Positions 18,814-29,474 of a DNA stretch of 64,000 nucleotides are shown here, piece by piece. The translations under genes and the position numbers were made by a program. Under the pieces are notes generated by a model that had not been told where the DNA came from, made no database searches, and saw only the letters and a list, made by a program, of their open reading frames with translations. Source of the stretch: Zootoca vivipara (lineage: Eukaryota); assembly GCF_963506605.1 (NCBI RefSeq), contig NC_083276.1, positions 45,880,001-45,944,000 on the forward strand, written 5' to 3'. Every line of letters starts with the position of its first letter. The first letter of the stretch is position 1.

Positions 18814-21027
18814 ATGACTAGCAATCTTGCCTGGCTACTGGTGCTGATCTCATGGAACGTGTTATGTGAGAATGCAGGTCAGAAGCCACCACAGGGTTTT
18901 AGATATGCTTCTTATGAAGTGATCATCCCAAGGAAACTTACTCCCCGATATGGAGAACATGAAACTCATGATGTCACATACCTGCTGCAGATTGAGGGGA
19001 AGGGTCTTGTGGTGATGCTCAGGAAAAAGAAGAGCTTTGTCCCTAAACACTTCACTGTCATCACATACAGTAAGGAGGGAGACCTCCAGGTGGACTATCC
19101 TTTCATCAAAGATGACTGCTTCTACCATGGCTTTGTACAAGACAAGCCTTCCTCTAGGGTCACCCTCAGCACTTGCTCGGGGGGCCTCAGGGGTCTGCTT
19201 CACTTAGAAAATTACACCTTTGAAATTGAACCTGTTCAGGCACCTGGTACTCCTCAACATGTGGTGTACAGATTGGAGGGAATTGAAGGTGCTGTTCGCA
19301 TGAGGTGTGGGCTAACAAAGGAAAAGCAAAGGCGCCAAGAGGCCATGTTCCAAAACAAAATGAAAGTATGGACTGAAAGTGCTGCTAGAGGAGCCTGGTG
19401 GTCACACACCAGGTATGTAGAGGTTGCAATCGTGATAGAACATGAACGATATGTCCAGTTTGGCAGAAATGAAAGTCGTGTTGCTAGGCAAGTTATGGAT
19501 ATCATCCATACTGCAAACTCAATATATGAGCCACTGTCTCTTGAGATTTCTATAGCTGGCTTGGAGATATGGACAGAAAAAAACCTCATAAAAATTGTTA
19601 ACAGCATAGATGACACTCATAATATGTTCACCAGCTATTTAAAAAGTTCACTAAGTAAACGTATGCAACTTGACGCTGCTCACTTATTTATATATAAGAG
19701 TTATGGAAGTACACTTGGATTAGCGTTCATAAATACAGTTTGTAATACCCATTGGGCATCTGGTGTTGAATCATATGTGACTACCAGTTTGTTCCTTATT
19801 TCTCACACCTTTTCCCATGAATTAGGACACAATCTTGGAATGAAACATGATGAAAAATACTGTACTTGTGGTCGAAGTTCTTGTATAATGGCTGAATATC
19901 AAACAACCTCTGATAAGTTTAGCAACTGTAGTTATAAAGAATATTTCAACATAAGAAACAGACAATGTTTGCTAATTCCACCAGACTCCGATAAAATATA
20001 TAAATTTGCATACTGTGGAAATGAAGTAGTGGAAGATGGAGAGGAATGTGATTGTGGTTCACCTGATCAATGCAAGTTGGATCCATGTTGCCAGTCTGAT
20101 TGCATGTTGAGTCCAAGTGCTGCTTGTGCTTTTGGACAGTGTTGTAGTGAGTGTCAGTATCTTCCAGTTCATAAGGTTTGCAGAGAACCGGTCAGCAGTT
20201 GTGATCTCCCTGAGTACTGCAATGGGACTTCAGAATGGTGTCCTGAAGATGTTTATGTACAAGATGGTGCCCCGTGTAGTGATGGTGTATACTGTTATCA
20301 TGGGAATTGCACAACTCACAACAGGCAGTGCAGAATGATCTTTGGGATCAAAGCAATCAGTGCATCAAAGGATTGTTTTAGTGAAATGAATGCTCGAGGT
20401 GATCGCTTTGGAAACTGTGGGCTTATACATGACACTTATAAGAAATGTGATACTCAGAACATCTTATGCGGCCGAATCCAGTGTGAAAATATTGATGCAG
20501 TACCTTCTTTGGAGGAACACAGAACCATAATTAATACGCCCCTTGGCAATAGGAAATGCTGGAGTACAGATTACCATGCTGGAATGGAGATACCTGATAT
20601 TGGAGCAGTGAGAGATGGGACTCCTTGTGGCACAGAAATGATGTGCATTAATGCGGAGTGCAAGAGTGTGTCCCTCTTGAAATATGATTGCAATGTCACA
20701 AAGTGTCATAATCGAGGAATATGCAACTCTCACAAACATTGTCACTGTGATAATGGCTGGGCCCCTCCAGACTGTCAAAACAAAGGTAATGGTGGCAGCA
20801 TTGACAGTGGACCTCCTCCACCAGGGAAGGCTTCACAGCGTAGTGTCACCATGATAGGAATTATAGCAGCAATTGTATTTCTTGTTTCTACTGTTCTTGC
20901 TATTCTTGGGCTGGGTATTTATTTCCGCAAGCCTCTGAGAGAGCGGTTTGTAAAAAAACCAGAACAAACACATGAAGAATATGTAAAAGAGGAAGAAAAT
21001 CCTGTCCCAACTGAATCAGAGAATTGA
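18814..21027 (+). CDS. Intronless ADAM20/21-like metalloprotease-disintegrin, copy 2 (737 aa)
   Basis: Signal peptide, prodomain with MRCGL Cys switch, HELGHNLGMKHD, disintegrin SCDLPEYC, Cys-rich, EGF, TM, tail; single ORF. Confidence 0.93.
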   Translation: MTSNLAWLLVLISWNVLCENAGQKPPQGFRYASYEVIIPRKLTPRYGEHETHDVTYLLQIEGKGLVVMLRKKKSFVPKHFTVITYSKEGDLQVDYPFIKDDCFYHGFVQDKPSSRVTLSTCSGGLRGLLHLENYTFEIEPVQAPGTPQHVVYRLEGIEGAVRMRCGLTKEKQRRQEAMFQNKMKVWTESAARGAWWSHTRYVEVAIVIEHERYVQFGRNESRVARQVMDIIHTANSIYEPLSLEISIAGLEIWTEKNLIKIVNSIDDTHNMFTSYLKSSLSKRMQLDAAHLFIYKSYGSTLGLAFINTVCNTHWASGVESYVTTSLFLISHTFSHELGHNLGMKHDEKYCTCGRSSCIMAEYQTTSDKFSNCSYKEYFNIRNRQCLLIPPDSDKIYKFAYCGNEVVEDGEECDCGSPDQCKLDPCCQSDCMLSPSAACAFGQCCSECQYLPVHKVCREPVSSCDLPEYCNGTSEWCPEDVYVQDGAPCSDGVYCYHGNCTTHNRQCRMIFGIKAISASKDCFSEMNARGDRFGNCGLIHDTYKKCDTQNILCGRIQCENIDAVPSLEEHRTIINTPLGNRKCWSTDYHAGMEIPDIGAVRDGTPCGTEMMCINAECKSVSLLKYDCNVTKCHNRGICNSHKHCHCDNGWAPPDCQNKGNGGSIDSGPPPPGKASQRSVTMIGIIAAIVFLVSTVLAILGLGIYFRKPLRERFVKKPEQTHEEYVKEEENPVPTESEN

Positions 21028-22380
21028 ACAATACACTGAATGTGTCAAATAGATGCACAGAAATAATGGACAGCATTATGCAGAGATTTCTAAAGTTTCT
21101 AAAGTTTTAAAAGCCCTACATTTGTCTACTACGCACAACAGGGCAGAACTCTGCAATGTGTTCATGTCTGTATTCTCTAACTCTCAGAAGTATCTCCCTC
21201 AAGCTCACTGGGGAAAAGAAATATCTGTGAAGCAAACTAAATACTTTCAACAAAAGCCAGGCTCGGAATAAAATCCCATTCTCACAGAAACCAACATAAC
21301 CACTGATGCCATTTGAATAACTGAGGTGATGTTCTAAAATATGCTAGTTGTAGAGCAGTAAAAAGGCAACAAAATATTTCTAACAGCTGAGCATCACAAC
21401 GTTATGTAATCTTAGTGATTCCATGCCTTCATATCAAAGCAACTGAAGAATGGATACAGAAACCATGGAAACAAAAACAATGCTAAAATGACAAAATGTT
21501 TATTTGTTTATTTAATTTATTCCACACACTTTAAAGAAAGTAATCCAAAGTGATTTATAATATAGAAACAAACACATACTGTACATTGAAACCAGGAGAA
21601 AATAAAATAAAAACCAAAGATAAATCTAAACTAAAATCCCATTTTTAAAAGGCGGGATTAAAACATTCCACCCACTGGAGACCACAGATAACTAAAAACA
21701 AAGATCTAGCAAAAGAGGGGGGAGTTTTTGCTTAGTGCCTTGTAGTGCTTGTAGTCTGAGGTCTTCACTTACTCAGAGTCCAAGCTGGCACTGTTTTGAG
21801 CCTGGTCCTCAGCTATCCATGTCTCCACTGTAATTGGAGAAAACCACCTTTCTTTGTTTCTACAGAGGTTCCCTACAAATAAAAGGCAAGTGTACAAAAC
21901 CAGGACGTATCTCTCTAAAACACACACACACACTCATTTCAGTTTTTCGGCCAGAAAAAATATTAGAAAAAGTTAGTCTGTTAAAGCCTATAAAACAATT
22001 TGTTCTACCAAGACACTTTGGCTGATTTACTACAAATTCATATTATCCCAAAGATGTATTTAAATCAGTTTGTATATGTGTGCAGTGTAATGTTGTAACT
22101 CTTTGTGACCTATTTCAACTATATATTACTTTTCAAAACTGCTTTGAAGTCCCCCCCCCTACAATCAAGTGATATATAAATTTTATTAAATAAATAAATA
22201 AATAAACATTTGCAGTTGCCGTCATCTTTTTTAAAATCAAAATCAAAATTAAAAAGAATAGATTAAGTCAGTAGAGCAGAGACTTTTAATCTCAGGGTTG
22301 TGGATTTGATTCCTGCATTGCATGGGGCTGGAGTAGAAGACCTTCATGATCCCTTCAAATTCTACAATTCTATGATTCTA

Positions 22381-24137
22381 CTGGCTGGCCCGGCCACGCG
22401 TTGCTGTGGGTCATCCCTGTGATTCCCCCCACCCTGTCCCAATCCGTGACGTATCCCGCCCCCTCCCACTCCCAGGTCATCTGTGTGAGTGTTCCCACCA
22501 TGTCCCGACCCATGAACTATCCTGTCCCCTCCCCCCCATCCCTTGGTTCATCCCTGTGATTCCCTCCACCCTGTCCAAATTTGTTTATAAACTGAATGAG
22601 GGATATTTTTGTACAGTATAGTATTTGTTGTGTAAGGCATAGAGGTTAGTGTTGTGATTTTGTTTAGGGTGTTCTTTGTTTTTGACTCAGTGTTAGTTGG
22701 AGGTGGTAAGGGGTTTGAATGTGGTTGTTCTGTGTGTGGGTTGTGGTGCAAGTGTGGCTGCCTGGAGGTTTTATTTTTTATTTTGGTTTTGTGAGGTTTT
22801 GTTTTAGGTGGATAATAATCTTTGTAGTGGAATTTTTGTGTGGGTTGTGGGGGTTTTATTGGTGGGTCTTGTTGTGTTGTGATTGGTGGGTTTTTTCTGG
22901 TTTTGGGTTTGGTGTTAGTTAGTATGGGGTATGGTTATGTTCTTATTTTTATTGGGTGTTTTTTAAAGTGAATTAGTATTACATGGACATGGTAATGGGT
23001 TTGAATGTGGTTGTAGTTTATGTGTTGTGTGGTTTTTGATTAGTGGTGTAAGTTTGGATGGTTGGAGGTTTTTCTGTACGTTGGTTATGTGAGGTTGTGT
23101 TTTAGGTTGTTATTCCTATGTGGAGTTGATTTTGGGGGGGGGGTTGGGGGGTGTTGGTGTTGGTGGGTGTTCCTTGATGGTGGGTGTGGGTTGTGGGATG
23201 TTTTTGTGTTGAAGACAGTGGTTTGGGGGTGTGACGTACCTTTGATGTTGTTGTTGGATTTTTTTTAGTGGTGGTGGCGGGACCCTGACTGTTTTGTGGT
23301 GGTGGCGGGGTCCGTTTTGTTTTGGTGTTGCCGGCGGTGGTTGCAATGGGAGGTCTGGCCTGCTCTGTGGGATTTCTGCGGTGGTAGCAGGGCTTGGTTT
23401 CCCTCACGGGTTTGTTGTTGTTGGTTTTTGGTGCGAGCGGAGGTTTGGCTCGTGGCGTCGTTGGGGGTGGTAGAAGCGGTGGCAATGGCGGTAGCAGCAA
23501 CCATGGGCCCTGGGCTGCCTTACGGGGTTGTTTCAGTGGAGGCGAGGTGTGTTTTTGTCGCGGTGTCGGTGGGCTGCAGGGGGTTTTTCTACGGAGGTGA
23601 GGGGTTTTTTGTCGCGGCATCGGTGGAGGTGGGCTGCAGGGGTTTGTTGCTTCTTTGGCGGTGTACGGGCTGCATTGGGGTCAGCGGGGGCGGCCGTGGG
23701 GTGTGGGCTGTCTTGTGGGGTTGTTTGGGGGAATGGGAGTTTCGGTTTGAGGTTGTGGCGGCTGGGGGTGGGTTGTATCGTGGGGAGGGTGCCTTGGTGA
23801 GTAGGGCTGTCTCCTGCCGTTGCCGTTTGTGGAGTAATGGCGGTTGTGGGGGTTTCAGCATGTCAGGGGGTGTTGTCAAGCTCTTACCCTGCCCTCGGAG
23901 ATGCTGTTTCTGGCTCCCCCCCCCCAGCATGCACTTTGGGGTGAGTTGTGTGTTCTGGAATATGTTGTTTTGGGGGTTTTACATGGCGAAGGTGTGACAT
24001 CTGTCTTAGGTAACTTTCTAAGGTCCTTCGGACATTAACGTGATGTTGTGTCAAAATTTGACCGCAATCGGCCAAGCGGTTTTGGTGAAAAGTGGACACA
24101 CACCCACATGCCCTTTTTACATTTTTATATATATAGA
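22381..24137 (-). mobile_element. Non-autonomous Helitron
   Basis: - strand 5' TCTATATATATAAAA; 3' hairpin CCACAGCAACGCGTGG then CCAG (CTAG variant); inserted between A and T with no TSD. Confidence 0.75.
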
Positions 24138-24851
24138 TGATAAGAGAGCATTGTAATTTCTTTATAAAAATGTATTCTGCTTAATATATATTTAGAGTGT
24201 GACCCGTAACACTCAGTAAATCAAAACAAAGCTATTTGTCACAAAGAAAATCGATTTAGTCATGAAAATAAAAGAAAAAAATATTCTGGAAATCAATTAT
24301 CATGCAATGGAATTCTAAAAAGCCATGTCAGATTTCTGGTGTTGAGAGTGATTTTAAAGCTTCAAAAGTAAGTCATGCCAGACCAATCTGATTTCTTTTT
24401 TTTTTTTATGGAATTACAAACTTGGTGGTTGAGGGAAATGCTGTGGATATAGTGCTGTATACCTCGGGTTACAGCCGCTTCAGTTTGCATCTTTTTGGGT
24501 TGCGCTCCACGCCGAACCTGGAAGTACCAAAATGGGTTACTTCCAGGTTTCAGTGCGTGTGCATGCATAGAAGCGCTAAATCGTGCTTTGCGCATGCGCA
24601 GAAGCCCCGAATCGCGACCCACACGTGTGCAGACGCGGGTTGTGAACGCTGTGGGTTGCAAACGTGTCTCCCACATGGATCACGTTCGCAACCCAAGTGT
24701 CCACTGTATCTCGATTTCAGTAAGGCGGTACCTATTTATCTACTTGCACTGGTATGCAGACAATGAGAAACCCATCAGACCATCTCTGTAAGAAAACACA
24801 CACTTTGTTTTCTGTTAATAAGAAAAACTCAGAAAAGTTTTCCTGCTAAAG

Positions 24852-25105
24852 CAGTGGTCAGCAAACTTTTTCAGCAGGGGGCCTCAACTGTCCCTCAGAC
24901 CTTGTGAGGGGCTAGACTATATTTTTTTGGGGGGGGGGAAATGAACAAAATTCCTATGACCCACAAATAACCCAGAGATGCATTTTAAATAAAAGCACAC
25001 AATCTACTCATGTAAAAACACGCTGATTCCCGGACCATTAGCAGGCCGGATTTAGAAGGCGATTGGGCCGCATCCTGCCCCCGGGCCTTAGTTAGCCAAC
25101 CCATG
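24852..25105. mobile_element. hAT MITE
   Basis: 8-bp TSD TGCTAAAG (24844-24851, 25106-25113). Confidence 0.7.
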
Positions 25106-25246
25106 TGCTAAAGTGTATAAATCAGTTTATTGTACCATGGCACTGTTTGGATTGTTCCAAACTTATACCCCCCTCCTCTTGTGTGTTTTAATCAGTTTAC
25201 ACCAACACAGGACATAAATGTGCTGTTTAATTTTGTTATTGCTTGT

Positions 25247-25674
25247 TGTCACAGTGGCCGGAGTGGGCTACTTCAGAGTAACGACGCTACGCAGCTCTGC
25301 ATTTTATTCTTTTATTGGTGCTGCGTATTTACAGTGCTGAAGTCATTGCTATTTACACGGAGTGATGTGGTCAGTCGGTTCCAGAACCTCCGAATGGCTT
25401 TTGGCGCGTCTTTCTCCAACACAAAAGCTTTGGCAGACCCATCCTCTTTCCCCTCCTCTTTCTGCGTAATTCCGGAGTTGGGGGGATGGGTCTCCCCCCC
25501 TTATTCGCCCCTTCCTGTCCCACCTGGGACCCTGGCTCCTCTACCTTGCCTGAGCCTCGGACACGACTTCCTGCTTCCCCATTGGAATCGGAACTCTCTC
25601 TGCTTTCCCCTGTGCTCGGGGATGGGCTTGAACTCAGGAGGGGAGGGACTTCGCGATATCCCCTGTCCCTCACA
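25247..25674 (-). repeat. Gypsy 3' LTR
   Basis: Identical by eye to 30611-31038. Confidence 0.95.
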
Positions 25675-28600
25675 TCCACCCCCCTCCCAAGCTCTCCTTC
25701 ACCCCTCCCCAGGTCCCCCCCAGGTGTCGGTGACGACTGGAAGCCTAAGAACTCAGTGCCTTCCGAGCCCGTTGGTGTGAACACCTCCCCCCAGTCCTGT
25801 GATCCCCCCCCTTCCGCCTGGGAGGACGGGAATCCCAAAAAGTCCGTGGCGTCAGAGCTGGTAGGGGTAAAAATGTTCTGCCAATCTGCTCCTTCCTCTG
25901 ACTGGGTGGATCTCGGTGACACCCATACCTCATCCTCTGGTTCCTCAAACTCCGCTTCCCAGCGCCATGGTGAACTGCTCTCCCGTGCTTCCTCCCCCTC
26001 CCCCTCCCTTTCCATGCGCCAGGGCTTGGGTCTATGGGGAAAGAGGGCGTGAAATTCTTCTACCAGGAATTCCTCCTGTATCTGAGTGGCTGGGACCCAT
26101 TCATTCTGGGACGGTGGAGCATCCTCCCATGCCATGAGGTACTCCAGGCCCCCCACCCCCCTCCTTGAGTCCAGGATGGCCGTGGCCTCATTGAGTTGCT
26201 CCCTGCCTTCTCTCTCCCCCCCTCCCTCAGGGGTTTGTTCGCTGCCTCGGAGCCTGCTGCTTTCCCTGTACGGCGACAGCAGCGATCTATGAAACACTGG
26301 GTGCACCCTCATGTCCTCTGGCAGTGCCAGCCTGTATGCCACCGGGTTGACCTGTTGCGTGACCGTGAAGGGGCCCAACCTTCTGGGCGCCAGCTTTTTG
26401 CACCTCCCTCTGATGGGAAGGCCCTCCGAGGACAACCAAACTTTGTCCCCCACCCTAATGACCTCCCCCGGTCGCCTGTGGCGATCTGCCCCCTTCTTGT
26501 ACGCTTCCTTGGCTCTCTCCAAGTGTTCTCTGAGCTGCTGGTGCACCGTCTCCAGTTCCTCTGCCCAATCCTCAGCCTGTGGGCCCTCCTCCTCCTCCTC
26601 CCCCTCCCTCTCTGGGAAAGATCTGAGGTCGCGCCCGTAATTGGCCTTAAAGGGCGACACCCCTGTGGAGACGTGCACCGCATTGTTGTAGGCAAATTCT
26701 GCCAGTGGCAGGCGATCCACCCAGTCCGTTTGCCGCTGGCTGACGTAGCATCTCAGGTACTGCTGCAGAATGGCGTTGACCCTCTCCGCCTGTCCATTGG
26801 TCTGCGGGTGTCTAGCCGTCGACAAGCTGACCTCCACCTGCAGGAGGTTCATGAGCTGCCGCCAGAACCTGGAAACAAATTGGCGGCCACGATCCGAAAT
26901 AACCCTTAAAGGTAATCCATGCAGTCTGAATACGTGATCCACAAACAGTTTGGCTGTCTCTTCTGCAGAGACCGCCCTGGCACACGGTATAAAGTGGCAC
27001 ATTTTGGACATGAGGTCCACCACCACCAACACTGCGGTCTTGCCCCTGGAAGAAGGCAGATCTGTGATGAAGTCCATGGACACCACTTCCCATGGCCTGT
27101 GTGGCGTGGCTAAGGGCTCCAGCAATCCCGGTGGCGCTGCTCTGACCACCTTTGCCCGCTGGCAGGTGTCACAGCCCCGTACATAGTCTCGAACATCTTC
27201 CCGCACCCCTGGCCACCAGAAGTGTCTCATGACTAGGTGAGCGGTTTTGTCCCTCCCAAAATGACCCGCCGTTGGGTTGTCGTGCATCTGCTTGAGGACC
27301 GTACGTCTAAGCTGGGTGGTGGGCAGGTACAGTGCACCCTTGTAGAAAAGCAGCCCCCTGCGTTCTGCAAAGTCTTTTGCCTGCTCCCCCCCCTCTCAGT
27401 TCTCTGAAGATGCGGTTGGCAAATTCATCCGCTGCCGTCAGTGCTGTGAGTTCCGCCTCGCTCACCACTGCTGCTCCGCAGGACCATGCTGACGGGGGGG
27501 AAATGTGCCTGGGTGCCGGTGGCGCCTCCTCCTCCATGTACTCTGGCTTGCGGGAGAGGGCATCCGCCCTGACATTCTGCTCTCCCGGGATGTAGTGTAT
27601 GGAGAAGTTGAAGTTCGAGAAGAACTCTGCCCACCGTATCTGCCGCTGGTTGAGCACCCTGGCAGTTCTCCAGAACTCCAGGTTCTTGTGGTCTGTGCAC
27701 ACCTGGATGGGGTGCTTGGCGCCCACCAGGAAGTGTCTCCAGTGCTGGAACGCAGCGTGGATCGCAAGAAGTTCCCGATCAAACACCGTGTAGTTTCGCT
27801 CTGGCTGGGTCAACTTCCTGGAGAAGAAGGCACAGGGTCTCCACTCTCTGTTGGCGTCCAGTTGCAACAAAATGGCGCCCACAGCTTTATCAGAAGCATC
27901 TGTCTCCACGCGTAGGGGCGCGTCCTGAACCACGTGGAACAGGTTCTGGTCTGAGGCGAACACCCTCTTGAGGCTTTCGAACGCTGCTTGCGCCTCTGGT
28001 GTCCACCTGAACTTCTGCTTGCCTCTCAGGCAGTCAGTGATGGGAGCCGTAACGCGAGAGAAGTTCTTGATGAACTTCCTGTAGAAGTTGGCGAAGCCTA
28101 GTAGGCGTTGGGCATCTTTGCGCGTCCTGGGGCTGTGCCAGTCCTTGTCCATCGCCAGCCCCTTGTCTGACAGCTTGTAGCCCAGGAAGTCCACCTCCTT
28201 GGTGTGAAACTTGCACTTCTCCAGCTTCACATACAGGTGGTTCTCCTTCAGGCGCTGCAACACCTCCCTGACATCTTTCACATGCTGCACTGGGTCATCG
28301 GAATAGATAAGGATGTCATCCAGGAAGACCAAGCATTTCCTGAAGAGGAGGGACCCCAGGACGTGGTGCATGAAGGCCTGGAAGCATGCTGAGCCCCCTT
28401 GCAACCCGAAGGGCATCACCAGATATTCAAAAGAGCCCAGAGGCGTGAACATCGTGGTTTTCCATTCATCGCCTTCCCGGATCCTGATCAAGTTGTACGC
28501 CCCCCTCAGGTCTAGCTTGGTGAAAATCTTGCCCCTGCGTGCCGCTGTCAGGAGATCATCCACTCTGGGCATGGGGAAAGCCACTGGCTCTGTCACTGAA

Positions 28601-29474
28601 TTCAGCCGTCTAAAATCCACCACAAGACGGCGCTGTTGCGTGTCTTTCTTGTCCACCCAGAAGACCGGGCTGCCCCCTGCTGCCTTGCTTTCTCTGATGA
28701 ACCCCCGCTTGAGGTTCTTGTCGATGAAAGCGCGCAGATCCTCCAGTTCCTGGTCTGACATGGCGTACAGCTTGGCTGGGGGTATAGTTGCCCCTGGCAC
28801 CAGGTTGATCTGGCAGTCAAAAGGCCTGTGTGGGGGTAGGTGGTCGGACTCCGCTTCGCTGAAGACCTCCTGCAGGTCCCAGTACGGCTTGGGTATCGCC
28901 TCACCCCCTTTGACGTGCATGGTGGCTACCGTGGCTATCGGAGGCCCCTCCCCTGGTTGGTGCTGCATGCAATGTTCCAGGCAAAAGTCCGATCCAAAAG
29001 TGATGCACCTCTGGTGCCAACTGATGGAGGGGTCGTGGCGCGCCAGCCAGCTCATGCCCAAAACGATGGGGGGGGGTCTGAGATGGTGGTGACGTTGAAT
29101 GCCAGCGTCTCTGAGTGCCTTCCCACCGTCATTTTCATGGGGGGGGTTTGATGAGTGATGGCCCCTCCCAGCAGCTCTCTGCCGTCAATGGTCGCCACGT
29201 GCAGAGGAAAATCCAGCTGCAGAAGCTGGATCTGGTGCTCTTCTGCAAAGTTTCTCGAGAAGAAGTTCGCTGACGCCCCACTGTCAATTAGGGCGAGGAC
29301 CGTCAGGGGATAGCCATTTGGGAGCGTGAGCGTCACTTCTAGAACCACTCCTGCTCTGGGAGGGGTGGGCTGGCTCTGCTCCTCTCTGTGCGGGTGGGTG
29401 GGCTGGGGCTGTTGTCTGCTGACTGTGCCTGGCTGCTGCCCCTTGTCTCCTGCAGCCAGGCTTTCTCGTTTCCC
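25371..29474 (-). CDS. pol: Gypsy Pol (PR-RT-RNase H-IN-chromodomain-acidic tail); two frameshifts in homopolymers
   Basis: LIDSGA, LDLRGAY, MPFGL, FLDD, TDAS, DRELLA, HHCC, DFI/SDRG/GQAE, LGPF; breaks at G9 29068-29076 and C8 27386-27393. Confidence 0.9.

Noticed and set aside
18862-19616. Antisense ORFs recurring opposite the ADAM genes
   Set aside because: Shadow ORFs repeated only because the sense genes are paralogous
20392-20403. RGD in the ADAM Cys-rich domain (also an RGD near the start of the copy 3 protease domain)
   Set aside because: Part of the conserved GDRFGNC motif, not in the disintegrin loop, and QGD in copy 8; no support for integrin binding
18814-21027. Snake venom metalloprotease identity
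   Set aside because: Intronless genes with EGF and TM regions; SVMPs are multi-exon, secreted ADAM28 derivatives
23062-24038. Several 70-230 aa ORFs
   Set aside because: By-product of A-poor composition inside the Helitron
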